Below are positions 36,701-51,700 of a stretch of DNA of 61,914 bases, in pieces. Source of the DNA: Tubulanus polymorphus (lineage: Eukaryota; Animalia; Nemertea). The position numbers and the translations under genes were made by a program. The stretch covers positions 1-61,914 of the forward strand of contig NW_027437475.1 in assembly GCF_964204645.1 (NCBI RefSeq), in the 5' to 3' direction. Within the stretch, counting starts at the first letter, position 1. Each line of letters opens with the position of its first letter. Below the pieces are notes generated by a model, which saw nothing but the letters and a program-made list of their open reading frames with translations, was not told the origin of the DNA and did not search any database.

Positions 36701-39700
36701 CTTTTACGCATCGACATTGTCGTTTTTCCGATAGGGGGAATATTTGATACGAAAACGTCTTTTCTTGCGCTGAACGACGTTTTCGGGTCGAAAAGTGCTT
36801 TTCCTGTCGATTTGAGCGCTTTTACGCATCGACGTTGTCGTTTTTCCGATAAGGGGAAAATGTGATGAGAAAACGTCTTTTCTCGCGCTGAACGACGTTT
36901 TCGGGTCGAAATGTGCTTTTCCTGACGATTTGAGCGCTTTTACGCATCGACATTGTCGTTTTTCCGATACGGGGAAATGTGATGAGAAAACGTCTTTTCT
37001 CGCGCTGAACGACGTTTTCGGGTCGAAAAGTGCTTTTCCTGACGATTTGAGCGCTTTTACGCATCGACATTGTCGTTTTTCCGATAGGGGGAAAATGTGA
37101 TGAGAAAACGTCTTTTCTCGCGCTGAACGACGTTTTCGGGTCGAAAAGTGCTTTTCCTGACGATTTGAGCGCTTTTACGCATCGACATTGTCGTTTTTCC
37201 GATAGGGGGAATATTTGATACGAAAACGTCTTTTCTCGCGCTGAACGACGTTTTCGGGTCGAAAAGTGCTTTTCCTGACGATTTGAGCGCTTTTAAGCAT
37301 CGACATTGTCGTTTTTCCGATAGGGGGAATATTTGATACGAAAACGTCTTTTCTCGCGCTGAACGACGTTTTCGGGTCGAAAAGTGCTTTTCCTGACGAT
37401 TTGAGCGCTTTTACGCATCGACATTGTCGTTTTTCCGATACGGGGAATATTTGATACGAAAACGTCTTTTCTCGCGCTGAACGACGTTTTCGCGACGAAA
37501 AGTGCTTTTCTTGACGATTTGAGCGCTTTTACGCATCGACATTGTCGTTTTTCCGATAGGGGGAATATTTGATACGAAAACTTCTTTTCTCGCGCTGAAC
37601 GACGTTTTCGGGTCGAAAAGTGCTTTTCCTGACGATTTGAGCGCTTTTACGCATCGACATTGTCGTTTTTCCGATAGGGGGAATATTTGATACGAAAACG
37701 TCTTTTCTCGCGCTGAACGAAGTTTTCGGGTCGAAAAGTGCTTTTCCTGACGATTTGAGCGCTTTTACGCATCGACATTGTCGTTTTTCCGATAGGGGGA
37801 ATACTTGAAACGAAAACGTCTTTTCTCGCGCTGAACGACGTTTTCGGGTCGAAAAGTGCTTTTCCTGACGATTTGAGCGCTTTTACTCATCTACATTGTC
37901 GTTTTTCCGATAGGGGGAATATTTGATACGAAAACGTCTTTTCTCGCGCTGAACGACGTTTTCGGGTCGAAAAGTGCTTTTCCTGACGATTTGAGCGCTT
38001 TTACGCATCGACATTGTCGTTTTTCCGATAGGGGAATATTTGACACGAAAACGTCTTTTCTCGCGCTGAACGACGTTTTCGGGTCGAAAAATGCTTTTCC
38101 TGACGATTTGAGCGCTTTTACGGATCGACATTGTCGTTTATCCGATACGGGGAGAATGTGATGAGAAAACGTCATTTCTCGCGCTGAACGACGTTTTCGC
38201 GACGAAAAGTGCTTTTCCTGACGATTTGAGCGCTTTTACGCATCGACATTGTCGTTTTTCCGATACGGGGAATATTTGATACGAAAACGTCTTTTCTCGC
38301 GCTGAACGACGTTTTCGGGTCGAAAAGTGCTTTTCCTGACGATTTGAGCGCTTTTACGCATCGACATTGTCGTTTTTCCGATACGGGGAAAATGTGATGA
38401 GAAAACGTCTTTTCTCGCGCTGAACGACGTTTTCGGGTCGAAAAGTGCTTTTCCTGACGATTTGAGTGCTTTTACGCATCGACATTGTCGTTTTTCCGAT
38501 AGGGGGAATATTTGATACGAAAACGTCTTTTCTCGCGCTGAACGACGTTTTCGGGTCGAAAAGTGCTTTTCCTGACGATTTGAGTGCTTTTACGCATCGA
38601 CATTGTCGTTTTTCCGATAGGGGGAATATTTGATACGAAAACGTCTTTTCTCGCGCTGAACGACGTTTTCGGGTCGAAATGTGCTTTTCCTGACGATTTG
38701 AGCGCTTTTACGCATCGACATTGTCGTTTTTCCGATAGGGGGAATATTTGATACGAAAACGTCTTTTCTCGCGCTGAGCGACGTTTTCGCGTCGAAATGT
38801 GTTTTTCCTAACGATTTGAGCGCTTTTACGCATCGACATTGTCGTTTTTCCGATAGGGGGAATATTTGATACGAAAACGTCTTTTCTCGCGCTGAACGAC
38901 GTTTTCGGAGCGAAAAGTGCTTTTCCTGACGATTTGAGCGCTTTTACGCATCGACATTGTCGTTTTTCCGATAGGGGGAATATTTGATACGAAAACGTCT
39001 TTTCTCGCGCTGAACGACGTTTTCGGAGCGAAAAGTGCTTTTCCTGACGATTTGAGCGCTTTTACGCATCGACATTGTCGTTTATCCGATAGGGGGAATA
39101 TTTGATACGAAAACGTCTTTTCTCGCGCTGAACGACGTTTTCGGGTCGAAAAGTGCTTTTCCTGACGATTTGAGCGCTTTTACGCATCGACATTGTCGTT
39201 TTTCCGATAGGGGGAATATTTGATACGAAAACGTCTTTTCTCGCGCTGAACGACGTTTTCGGGTCGAAAAGTGCTTTTCCTGACGATTTGAGCGCTTTTA
39301 CGCATCGACATTGTCGTTTTTCCGATAGGGGGAATATTTGATACGAAAACGTCTTTTCTCGCGCTGAACGACGTTTTCGGGTCGAAAAGTGCTTTTCCTG
39401 ACGATTTGAGCGCTTTTACGCATCGACATTGTCGTTTTTCCGATAGGGGGAATATTTGATACGTAACGTCTTTTCTCGCGCTGAACGACGTTTTCGGGTC
39501 GAAAAGTGCTTTTCCTGACGATTTGAGCGCTTTTACGCATCTACATTGTCGTTTTTCCGATAGGGGGAATATTTGATACGAAAACGTCTTTTCTCGCGCT
39601 GAACGACGTTTTCGGGTCGAAAAGTGCTTGCGCTTTTACGCATCGACATTGTCGTTTTTCCGATAGGGGGAATATTTCATACGAAACCGTCTTTTCTCGC

Positions 39701-42700
39701 GCTGAACGACGTTTTCGGGTCGAAAAGTGCTTTTCCTGACGATTTGAGCGCTTTTACGCATCTACATTGTCGTTTTTCCGATAGGGGGAATATTTGATAC
39801 GAAAACGTCTTTTCTCGCGCTGAACGTCGTTTTCGGGTCGAAAAGTGCTTTTCCTGACGATTTGAGCGCTTTTACGCATCGACATTGTCGTTTTTCCGAT
39901 AGGGGGAATATTTGATACGAAAACGTCTTTTCTCGCGCTGAACGACGTTTTCGGGTCGAAAAGTGCTTTTCCTGACGATTTGAGCGCTTTTACGCATCGA
40001 CATTGTTGTTTTTTCCGATAGGGGGAATATTTGATACGAAAACGTCTTTTCTCGCGCTGAACGACGTTTTCGGGTCGAAAAGTGCTTTTCCTGACGATTT
40101 GAGCGCTTTTACGCATCGACATTGTCGTTTTTCCGATAGGGGGAATATTTGATACGTAAACGTCTTTTCTCGCGCTGAACGACGTTTTCGGGTCGAAAAG
40201 TGCTTTTCCTGACGATTTGAGCGCTTTTACGCATCTACATTGTCGTTTTTCCGATAGGGGGAATATTTGATACGAAAACGTCTTTTCTCGCGCTGAACGA
40301 CGTTTTCGGGTCGAAAAGTGCTTGCGCTTTTACGCATCGACATTGTCGTTTTTCCGATAGGGGGAATATTTCATACGAAACCGTCTTTTCTCGCGCTGAA
40401 CGACGTTTTCGGGTCGAAAAGTGCTTTTCCTGACGATTTGAGCGCTTTTACGCATCGACATTGTCGTTTTTCCGATAGGGGGAATATTTGATACGAAAAC
40501 GTCTTTTCTCGCGCTGAACGACGTTTTCGGAGCGAAAAGTGCTTTTCCTGACGATTTGAGCGCTTTTACGCATCGACATTGTCGTTTATCCGATAGGGGG
40601 AATATTTGATACGAAAACGTCTCTTCTCGCGCTGAACGACGTTTACGCGTCGAAAAGTGCTTTTCCTGACGATTTGAGCGCTTTTACGCATCGACATTGT
40701 CGCTTTTCCGATAGGGGGAATATTTGATACGAAAACGTCTTTTCTCGCGCTGAACGACGTTTTCGGGTCGAAATGTGCTTTTCCTGACGATTTGAGCTCT
40801 TTTACGCATCGACATTGTCGTTTTTCGATAGGGGGAATACTTGAAACGAAAACGTCTTTTCTCCCGCTGAACGACGTTTTCGGGTCGAAAAGTGCTTTTC
40901 CTGACGATTTGAGCGCTTTTACGCATCGACATTGTCGTTTTTTCCGATAGGGGGAATACTTGAAACGAAAACGTCTTTTCTCGCGCTGAACGACGTTTTC
41001 GCGACGAAAAGTGCTTTTCCTGACGATTTGAGGGCTTTTACGCATCGACATTGTCGTTTTTCCGATAGGGGATATTTGATACGAAAACGTCTTTTCTCGC
41101 GCTGAACGACGTTTTCGGGTCGAAAAGTGCCTTTCCCGACGATTTGAGCGCTTTTACGCATCGACATTGTCATTTTTCCGATAGGGGGAATATTTGATAC
41201 GAAAACGTCTTTTCTCGCGCTGAACGACGTTTTCGGGTCTAAATGTGCTTTTCCTGACGATTTGAGCGCTTTTACGCATCGACATTGTCGTTTTTCCGAT
41301 AGGGGGAATATTTGATACGAAAACGTCTTTTCTCGCGTTGAACGACGTTTTCGGAGCGAAAAGTGCTTTTCCTGACGATTTGAGCGCTTTTACGCATCGA
41401 CATTGTCGTTTTTTCCGATAGGGGGAATATTTGATACGAAAACGTCTTTTCTCGCGCTGAACGACGTTTTTGGGTCGAAAAGTGCTTTTCCTGACGATTT
41501 GAGCGCTTTTACGCATCGACATTGTCGTTTATCCGAAAGGGGGAATATTTGATACGAAAACGTCCTTTTCTCGCTCTGAACGACGTTTTTGGGTCGAAAA
41601 GTGCTTTTCCTGACGATTTGAGCGCTTTTACGCATCGACATTGTCGTTTTTCCGATAGGGGGAATATTTGATACGAAAACGTCTTTTCTCGCGCTGAACG
41701 ACGTTTTCGCGACGAAAAGTGCTTTTCCTGACGATTTGAGCGCTTTTACGCATCGACATTGTCGTTTTTCCGATAGGGGGAATATTTGATACGAAAACGT
41801 CTTTTCTCGCGCTGAACGACGTATTCGGGTCGAAAAGTGCTTTTCCTGACGATTTGAGCGCTTTTACGCATCGACATTGTCGTTTTTACGATAGGGGGAA
41901 AATGTGATGAGAAAACGTCTTTTCTCGCGCTGAACGACGTCTTCGGGTCGAAAAGTGCTTTTCCTGACGATTTGAGCGCTTTTACGCATCGACATTGTCG
42001 TTTTTCCGATAGGGGGAATATTTGATACGAAAACGTCTTTTCTCGCGCTGAACGACGTTTTTCGGGTCGAAAAGTGCTTTTCCTGACGATTTGAGCGCTT
42101 TTACGCATCGACATTGTCGTTTTTCCGATACGGGGAATATTTGATGAGAAAACGTCTTTTCTCGCGCTGAACGACGTTTTCGGGTCGAAAAGTGCTTTTC
42201 CTGACGATTTGAGCGCTTTTACGCATCGACATTGTCGTTTTTTCCGATACGGGGAAAATGTGATGAGAAAACGTCTTTTCTCGCGCTGAACGACGTTTTC
42301 GGGTCGAAATGTGCTTTTCCTGACGATTTGAGCGCTTTTACGCATCGACATTGTCGTTTTTTCGATACGGGGAAAATGTGATGAGAAAACGTCTTTTCTC
42401 GCGCTGAACGACGTTTTCGGGTCGAAAAGTGCTTTTCCTGACGATTTGAGCGCTTTTACGCATCGACATTGTCGTTTTTCCGATAGGGGGAATATTTGAT
42501 ACGAAAACGTCTTTTCTCGCGCTGAACGACGTTTTCGGAGCGAAAAGTGCTTTTCCTGACGATTTGAGCGCTTTTACGCATCGACATTGTCGTTTTTCCG
42601 ATAGGGGGAATATTTGATACGAAAACGTCTTTTCTCGCGCTGAACGACGTTTTCGGAGCGAAAAGTGCTTTTCCTGACGATTTGAGCGCTTTTACGCATC

Positions 42701-45700
42701 GACATTGTCGTTTTTCCGATAGGGGGAATATTTGATACGAAAACCTCTTTTCTCGCGCTGAACGACGTTTTCGGGTCGAAAAGTGCTTTTCCTGACGATT
42801 TGAGCGCTTTTACGCATCGACATTGTCGTTTTTCCGATACGGGGAAATGTGATGAGAAAACGTCTTTTCTCGCGCTGAACGACGTTTTCGGGTCGAAAAG
42901 TGCTTTTCCTGACGATTTGAGCGCTTTTACGCATCGACATTGTCGTTTATCCGATAGGGGGAATATTTGATACGAAAACGTCTTTTCTCGCGCTGAACGA
43001 CGTTTTTGGGTCGAAAAGTGCTTTTCCTGACGATTTGAGCGCTTTTACGCATCGACATTGTCGTTTTTCCGATAGGGGGAATATTTGATACGAAAACGTC
43101 TTTTCTCGCGCTGAACGACGTTTTCGGGTCGAAAAGTGCTTTTCCTGACGATTTGAGCGCTTTTACGCATCTACATTGTCGTTTTTCCGATAGGGGGAAT
43201 ATTTGATACGAAAACGTCTTTTCTCGCGCTGAACGACGTTTTCGGGTCGAAAAGTGCTTTTCCTGACGATTTGAGCGCTTTTACGCATCGACATTGTCGT
43301 TTTTCCGATAGGGGGAATATTTGATACGAAAACGTCTTTTCTCGCGCTGAACGACGTTTTCGGGTCGAAAAGTGCTTTTCCTGACGATTTGAGCGCTTTT
43401 ACGCATCGACATTGTCGTTTATCCGATACGGGGAGAATGTGATGAGAAAACGTCTTTTCTCGCGCTGAACGACGTTTTCGCGACGAAAAGCGCTTTTCCT
43501 GACGATTTGAGCGCTTTTACGCATCGACATTGTCGTTTTTCCGATAGGGGGAATATTTGATACGAAAACGTCTTTTCTCGCGCTGAACGACGTTTTCGGG
43601 TCGAAAAGTGCTTTTCCTGACGATTTGAGCGCTTTTACGCATCGACATTGTCGTTTTTACGATAGGGGGAAAATGTGATGAGAAAACGTCTTTTCTCGCG
43701 CTGAACGACGTTTTCGGGTCGAAATGTGCTTTTCCTGACGATTTGAGCGCTTTTACGCATCGACATTGTCGTTTTTCCGATACGGGGAAAATGTGATGAG
43801 AAAACGTCTTTTCTCGCGCTGAACGACGTTTTCGGGTCGAAAAGTGCTTTTCCTGACGATTTTAGCGCTTTTACGCATCGACATTGTCGTTTTTCCGATA
43901 GGGGGAATATTTGATACGAAAACGTCTTTTCTCGCGCTGAACGACGTTTTCGGGTCGAAAAGTGCTTTTCCTGACGATTTGAGCGCTTTTACGCATCGAC
44001 ATTGTCGTTTTTCCGATACGGGGAATATTTGATGAGAAAACGTCTTTTCTCGCGCTGAACGACGTTTTCGGGTCGAAAAGTGCTTTTCCTGACGATTTGA
44101 GCGCTTTTACGCATCGACATTGTCGTTTTTTCGATACGGGGAAAATGTGATGAGAAAACGTCTTTTCTCGCGCTGAACGACGTTTTCGGGTCGAAATGTG
44201 CTTTTCCTGACGATTTGAGTGCTTTTACGCATCGACATTGTCGTTTTTCCGATAGGGGGAATATTTGATACGAAAACGTCTTTTCTCGCGCTGAACGACG
44301 TTTTCGGGTCGAAAAGTGCTTTTCCTGACGATTTGAGTGCTTTTACGCATCGACATTGTCGTTTTTCCGATAGGGGGAATATTTGATACGAAAACGTCTT
44401 TTCTCGCGCTGAACGACGTTTTCGGGTCGAAATGTGCTTTTCCTGACGATTTGAGCGCTTTTACGCATCGACATTGTCGTTTTTCCGATAGGGGGAATAT
44501 TTGATACGAAAACGTCTTTTCTCGCGCTGAGCGACGTTTTCGCGTCGAAATGTGTTTTTCCTAACGATTTGAGCGCTTTTACGCATCGACATTGTCGTTT
44601 TTCCGATAGGGGGAATATTTGATACGTAAACGTCTTTTCTCGCGCTGAACGACGTTTTCGGGTCGAAAAGTGCTTTTCCTGACGATTTGAGCGCTTTTAC
44701 GCATCGACATTGTCGTTTATCCGATAGGGGGAATATTTGATACGAAAACGTCTCTTCTCGCGCTGAACGACGTTTTCGGGTCGAAAAGTGCTTTTCCTGA
44801 CGATTTGAGCGCTTTTACGCATCGACATTGTCGTTTTTCCGATAGGGGGAATATTTGATACGAAAACGTCTTTTCTCGCGCTGAACGACGTTTTCGGAGC
44901 GAAAAGTGCTTTTCCTGACGATTTGAGCGCTTTTACGCATCGACATTGTCGTTTATCCGATAGGGGGAATATTTGATACGAAAACGTCTTTTCTCGCGCT
45001 GAACGACGTTTTCGGGTCGAAAAGTGCTTTTCCTGACGATTTGAGCGCTTTTACGCATCGACATTGTCGTTTTTCCGATAGGGGGAATATTTGATACGAA
45101 AACGTCTTTTCTCGCGCTGAACGACGTTTTCGGGTCGAAATGTGCTTTTCCTGACGATTTGAGCGCTTTTACGCATCGACATTGTCGTTTTTCCGATAGG
45201 GGGAATATTTGATACGAAAACGTCTTTTCTCGCGCTGAACGACGTTTTCGGGTCGAAATGTGCTTTTCCTGACGATTTGAGCGCTTTTACGCATCGACAT
45301 TGTCGTTTTTCCGATACGGGGAAAATGTGATGAGAAAACGTCTTTTCTCGCGCTGAACGACGTTTTCGGGTCGAAATGTGCTTTTCCTGACGATTTGAGC
45401 GCTTTTACGCATCGACATTGTCGTTTTTCCGATACGGGGAAAATGTGATGAGAAAACGTCTTTTCTCGCGCTGAATGACGTTTTCGGTTCGAAAAGTGCT
45501 TTTCCTGACGATTTGAGCGCTTTTACGCATCGACATTGTCGTTTTTCCGATAGGGGGAATATTTGATACGAAAACGTCTTTTCTCGCGCTGAACGACGTT
45601 TTCGGGTCGAAAAGTGCTTTTCCTGACGATTTTAGCGCTTTTACGCATCGACATTGTCGTTTTTCCGATAGGGGGAATATTTGATACGAAAACGTCTTTT

Positions 45701-48700
45701 CTCGCGCTGAACGACGTTTTCGGGTCGAAAAGTGCTTTTCCTGACGATTTGAGCGCTTTTACGCATCGACATTGTCGTTTTTCCGATACGGGGAATATTT
45801 GATGAGAAAACGTCTTTTCTCGCGCTGAACGACGTTTTCGGGTCGAAAAGTGCTTTTCCTGACGATTTGAGCGCTTTTACGCATCGACATTGTCGTTTTT
45901 CCGATAGGGGGAATATTTGATACGAAAACGTCTTTTCTCGCGCTGAACGACGTTTTCGGGTCGAAAAGTGCTTTTCCTGACGATTTGAGCGCTTTTACGC
46001 ATCGACATTGTCGTTTTTCCGATAGGGGGAATATTTGATACGAAAACGTCTTTTCTCGCGCTGAACGACGTTTTCGGGTCGAAATGTGCTTTTCCTGACG
46101 ATTTGAGCGCTTTTACGCATCGACATTGTCGTTTTTCCGATAGGGGGAATATTTGATACGAAAACGTCTTTTCTCGCGCTGAACGACGTTTTCGGGTCGA
46201 AAAGTGCTTTTCCTGACGATTTGAGCCCCTTTACGCATCGACATTGTCGTTTATCCGATACGGGGAATGTGATGAGAAAACGTCTTTTCTCGCGCTGAAC
46301 GACGTTTTCGGGTCGAAAAGTGCTTTTCCTGACGATTTGAGCGCTTTTACGCATCGACATTGTCGTTTTTACGATAGGGGTGATAAATGTGATGAGAAAA
46401 CGTCTTTTCTCGCGCTGAACGACGTTTTCGGGTCGAAATGTGCTTTTCCTGACGATTTGAGCGCTTTTACGCATCGACATTGTCGTTTTTACGATACGGG
46501 GAAAATGTGATGAGAAAACGTCTTTTCTCGCGCTGAACGACGTTTTCGGGTCGAAATGTGCTTTTCCTGACGATTTGAGCGCTTTTACGCATCGACATTG
46601 TCGTTTTTTCCGATACGGGGAAAATGTGATGAGAAAACGTCTTTTCTCGCGCTGAATGACGTTTTCGGTTCGAAAAGTGCTTTTCCTGACGATTTGAGCG
46701 CTTTTACGCATCGACATTGTCGTTTTTCCGATAGGGGGAATATTTGATACGAAAACGTCTTTTCTCGCGCTGAACGACGTTTTCGGGTCGAAAAGTGCTT
46801 TTCCTGACGATTTGAGCGCTTTTACGCATCGACATTGTCGTTTTTCCGATAGGGGGAATATTTGATACGAAAACGTCTTTTCTCGCGCTGAACGACGTTT
46901 TCGGGTCGAAAAGTGCTTTTCCTGACGATTTGAGCGCTTTTACGCATCGACATTGTCGTTTTTCCGATACGGGGAATATTTGATGAGAAAACGTCTTTTC
47001 TCGCGCTGAACGACGTTTTCGGGTCGAAAAGTGCTTTTCCTGACGATTTGAGCGCTTTTACGCATCGACATTGTCGTTTTTCCGATACGGGGAAAATGTG
47101 ATGAGAAAACGTCTTTTCTCGCGCTGAACGACGTTTTCGGGTCGAAATGTGCTTTTCCTGACGATTTGAGCGCTTTTACGCATCGACATTGTCGTTTTTT
47201 CGATACGGGGAAAATGTGATGAGAAAACGTCTTTTCTCGCGCTGAACGACGTTTTCGGGTCGAAAAGTACTTTTCCTGACGATTTGAGCGCTTTTACGCA
47301 TCGACATTGTCGTTTTTCCGATAGGGGGAATATTTGATACGAAAACGTCTTTTCTCGCGCTGAACGACGTTTTCGGAGCGAAAAGTGCTTTTCCTGACGA
47401 TTTGAGCGCTTTTACGCATCGACATTGTCGTTTTTCCGATAGGGGGAATATTTGATACGAAAACGTCTTTTCTCGCGCTGAACGACGTTTTCGGGTCGAA
47501 AAGTGCTTTTCCTGACGATTTGAGCGCTTTTACGCATCGACGTTGTCGTTTTTCCGATACGGGGAAAATGTGATGAGAAAACGTCTTTTCTCGCGCTGAA
47601 CGACGTTTTCGGGTCGAAATGTGCTTTTCCTGACGATTTGAGCGCTTTTACGCATCGACGTTGTCGTTTTTCCGATACGGGGAAAATGTGATGAGAAAAC
47701 GTCTTTTCTCGCGCTGAATGACGTTTTCGGTTCGAAAAGTGCTTTTCCTGACGATTTGAGCGCTTTTACGCATCGACATTGTCGTTTTTCCGATAGGGGG
47801 AATATTTGATACGAAAACGTCTTTTCTCGCGCTGAACGACGTTTTCGGGTCGAAAAGTGCTTTTCCTGACGATTTTAGCGCTTTTACGCATCGACATTGT
47901 CGTTTTTCCGATAGGGGGAATATTTGATACGAAAACGTCTTTTCTCGCGCTGAACGACGTTTTCGGGTCGAAAAGTGCTTTTCCTGACGATTTGAGCGCT
48001 TTTACGCATCGACATTGTCGTTTTTCCGATACGGGGAATATTTGATGAGAAAACGTCTTTTCTCGCGCTGAACGACGTTTTCGGGTCGAAAAGTGCTTTT
48101 CCTGACGATTTGAGCGCTTTTACGCATCGACATTGTCGTTTTTCCGATACGGGGAAAATGTGATGAGAAAACGTCTTTTCTCGCGCTGAACGACGTTTTC
48201 GGGTCGAAATGTGCTTTTCCTGACGATTTGAGCGCTTTTACGCATCGACATTGTCGTTTTTTCGATACGGGGAAAATGTGATGAGAAAACGTCTTTTCTC
48301 GCGCTGAACGACGTTTTCGGGTCGAAATGTGCTTTTCCTGACGATTTGAGCGCTTTTACGCATCGACATTGTCGTTTTTTCGATACGGGGAAAATGTGAT
48401 GAGAAAACGTCTTTTCTCGCGCTGAACGACGTTTTCGGGTCGAAAAGTGCTTTTCCTGACGATTTGAGCGCTTTTACGCATCGACATTGTCGTTTTTCCG
48501 ATAGGGGGAATATTTGATACGAAAACGTCTTTTCTCGCGCTGAAAGACGTTTTCGGAGCGAAAAGTGCTTTTCCTGACGATTTGAGCGCTTTTACGCATC
48601 GACATTGTCGTTTTTCCGATAGGGGGAATATTTGATACGAAAACGTCTTTTCTCGCGATGAACGACGTTTTCGGGTCGAAAAGTGCTTTTCCTGACGATT

Positions 48701-51700
48701 TTGAGCGCTTTTACGCATCGACGTTGTCGTTTTTCCGATACGGGGAAAATGTGATGAGAAAACGTCTTTTCTCGCGCTGAACGACGTTTTCGGGTCGAAA
48801 TGTGCTTTTCCTGACGATTTGAGCGCTTTTACGCATCGACATTGTCGTTTTTCCGATACGGGGAAATGTGATGAGAAAACGTCTTTTCTCGCGCTGAACG
48901 ACGTTTTCGGGTCGAAAAGTGCTTTTCCTGACGATTTGAGCGCTTTTACGCATCGACATTGTCGTTTTTCCGATAGGGGGAAAATGTGATGAGAAAACAT
49001 CTTTTCTCGCGCTGAACGACGTTTTCGGGTCGAAAAGTGCTTTTCCTGACGATTTGAGCGCTTTTACGCATCGACATTGTCGTTTTTCCGATAGGGGGAA
49101 TATTTGATACGAAAACGTCTTTTCTCGCGCTGAACGACGTTTTCGGGTCGAAAAGTGCTTTTCCTGACGATTTGAGCGCTTTTAAGCATCGACATTGTCG
49201 TTTTTCCGATAGGGGGAATATTTGATACGAAAACGTCTTTTCTCGCGCTGAACGACGTTTTCGGGTCGAAAAGTGCTTTTCCTGACGATTTGAGCGCTTT
49301 TACGCATCGACATTGTCGTTTTTCCGATACGGGGAATATTTGATACGAAAACGTCTTTTCTCGCGCTGAACGACGTTTTCGCAACGAAAAGTGCTTTTCT
49401 TGACGATTTGAGCGCTTTTACGCATCGACATTGTCGTTTTTCCGATAGGGGGAATATTTGATACGAAAACGTCTTTTCTCGCGCTGAACGACGTTTTCGG
49501 GTCGAAAAGTGCTTTTCCTGACGATTTGAGCGTTTTTTTACGCATCGACATTGTCGTTTTTCCGATAGGGGGAATATTTGATACGAAAACGTCTTTTCTC
49601 GCGCTGAACGACGTTTTCGGGTCGAAAAGTGCTTTTCCTGACGATTTGAGCGCTTTTACACATCGACATTGTCGTTTTTCCGATACGGGGAAATTGTGAT
49701 GAGAAAACGTCTTTTCTCGCGCTGAACGACGTTTTCGGGTCGAAAAGTGCTTTTCCTGACGATTTGAGTGCTTTTACGCATCGACATTGTCGTTTTTCCG
49801 ATAGGGGGAATATTTGATACGAAAACGTCTTTTCTCGCGCTGAACGACGTTTTCGGGTCGAAAAGTGCTTTTTCTGACGATTTGAGTGCTTTTACGCATC
49901 GACATTGTCGTTTTTCCGATAGGGGGAATATTTGATACGAAAACGTCTTTTCTCGCGCTGAACGACGTTTTCGGGTCGAAATGTGCTTTTCCTGACGATT
50001 TGAGCGCTTTCACGCATCGACATTGTCGTTTTTCCGATAGGGGGAATATTTGATACGAAAACGTCTTTTCTCGCGCTGAGCGACGTTTTCGCGTCGAAAT
50101 GTGTTTTTCCTAACGATTTGAGCGCTTTTACGCATCGACATTGTCGTTTTTCCGATAGGGGGAATATTTGATACGAAAACGTCTTTTCTCGCGCTGAACG
50201 ACGTTTTCGGAGCGAAAAGTGCTTTTCCTGACGATTTGAGCGCTTTTACGCATCGACATTGTCGTTTTTCCGATAGGGGGAATATTTGATACGAAAACGT
50301 CTTTTCTCGCGCTGAACGACGTTTTCGGGTCGAAAAGTGCTTTTCCTGACGATTTGAGCGCTTTTACGCATCGACATTGTCGTTTTTCCGATAGGGGGAA
50401 TACTTGAAACGAAAACGTCTTTTCTCGCGCTGAACGACGTTTTCGGGTCGAAAAGTGCTTTTCCTGACGATTTGAGCGCTTTTACGCATCTACATTGTCG
50501 TTTTTCCGATAGGGGGAATATTTGATACGAAAACGTCTTTTCTCGCGCTGAACGACGTTTTCGGGTCGAAAAATGCTTTTCCTGACGATTTGAGCGCTTT
50601 TACGGATCGACATTGTCGTTTATCCGATACGGGGAGAATGTGATGAGAAAACGTCATTTCTCGCGCTGAACGACGTTTTCGCGACGAAAAGTGCTTTTCC
50701 TGACGATTTGAGCGCTTTTACGCATCGACATTGTCGTTTTTCCGATAGGGGGAATATTTGATACGAAAACGTCTTTTCTCGCGCTGAACGACGTTTTCGG
50801 GTCGAAAAGTGCTTTTCCTGACGATTTGAGCGCTTTTACACATCGACATTGTCGTTTTTCCGATACGGGGAAAATGTGATGAGAAAACGTCTTTTCTCGC
50901 GCTGAACGACGTTTTCGGGTCGAAAAGTGCTTTTCCTGACGATTTGAGTGCTTTTACGCATCGACATTGTCGTTTTTCCGATAGGGGGAATATTTGATAC
51001 GAAAACGTCTTTTCTCGCGCTGAACGACGTTTTCGGGTCGAAATGTGCTTTTCCTGACGATTTGAGCGCTTTTACGCATCGACATTGTCGTTTTTCCGAT
51101 AGGGGGAATATTTGATACGAAAACGTCTTTTCTCGCGCTGAGCGACGTTTTCGCGTCGAAATGTGTTTTTCCTAACGATTTGAGCGCTTTTACGCATCGA
51201 CATTGTCGTTTTTCCGATAGGGGGAATATTTGATACGAAAACGTCTTTTCTCGCGCTGAACGACGTTTTCGGAGCGAAAAGTGCTTTTCCTGACGATTTG
51301 AGCGCTTTTACGCATCGACATTGTCGTTTTTCCGATAGGGGGAATATTTGATACGAAAACGTCTTTTCTCGCGCTGAACGACGTTTTCGGGTCGAAAAGT
51401 GCTTTTCCTGACGATTTGAGCGCTTTTACGCATCTACATTGTCGTTTTTCCGATAGGGGGAATATTTGATACGAAAACGTCTTTTCTCGCGCTGAACGAC
51501 GTTTTCGGGTCGAAAAGTGCTTGCGCTTTTACGCATCGACATTGTCGTCTTTCCGATAGGGGGAATATTTCATACGAAACCGTCTTTTCTCGCGCTGAAC
51601 GACGTTTTCGGGTCGAAAAGTGCTTTTCCTGACGATTTGAGCGCTTTTACGCATCGACATTGTCGTTTTTCCGATAGGGGGAATATTTGATACGAAAACG

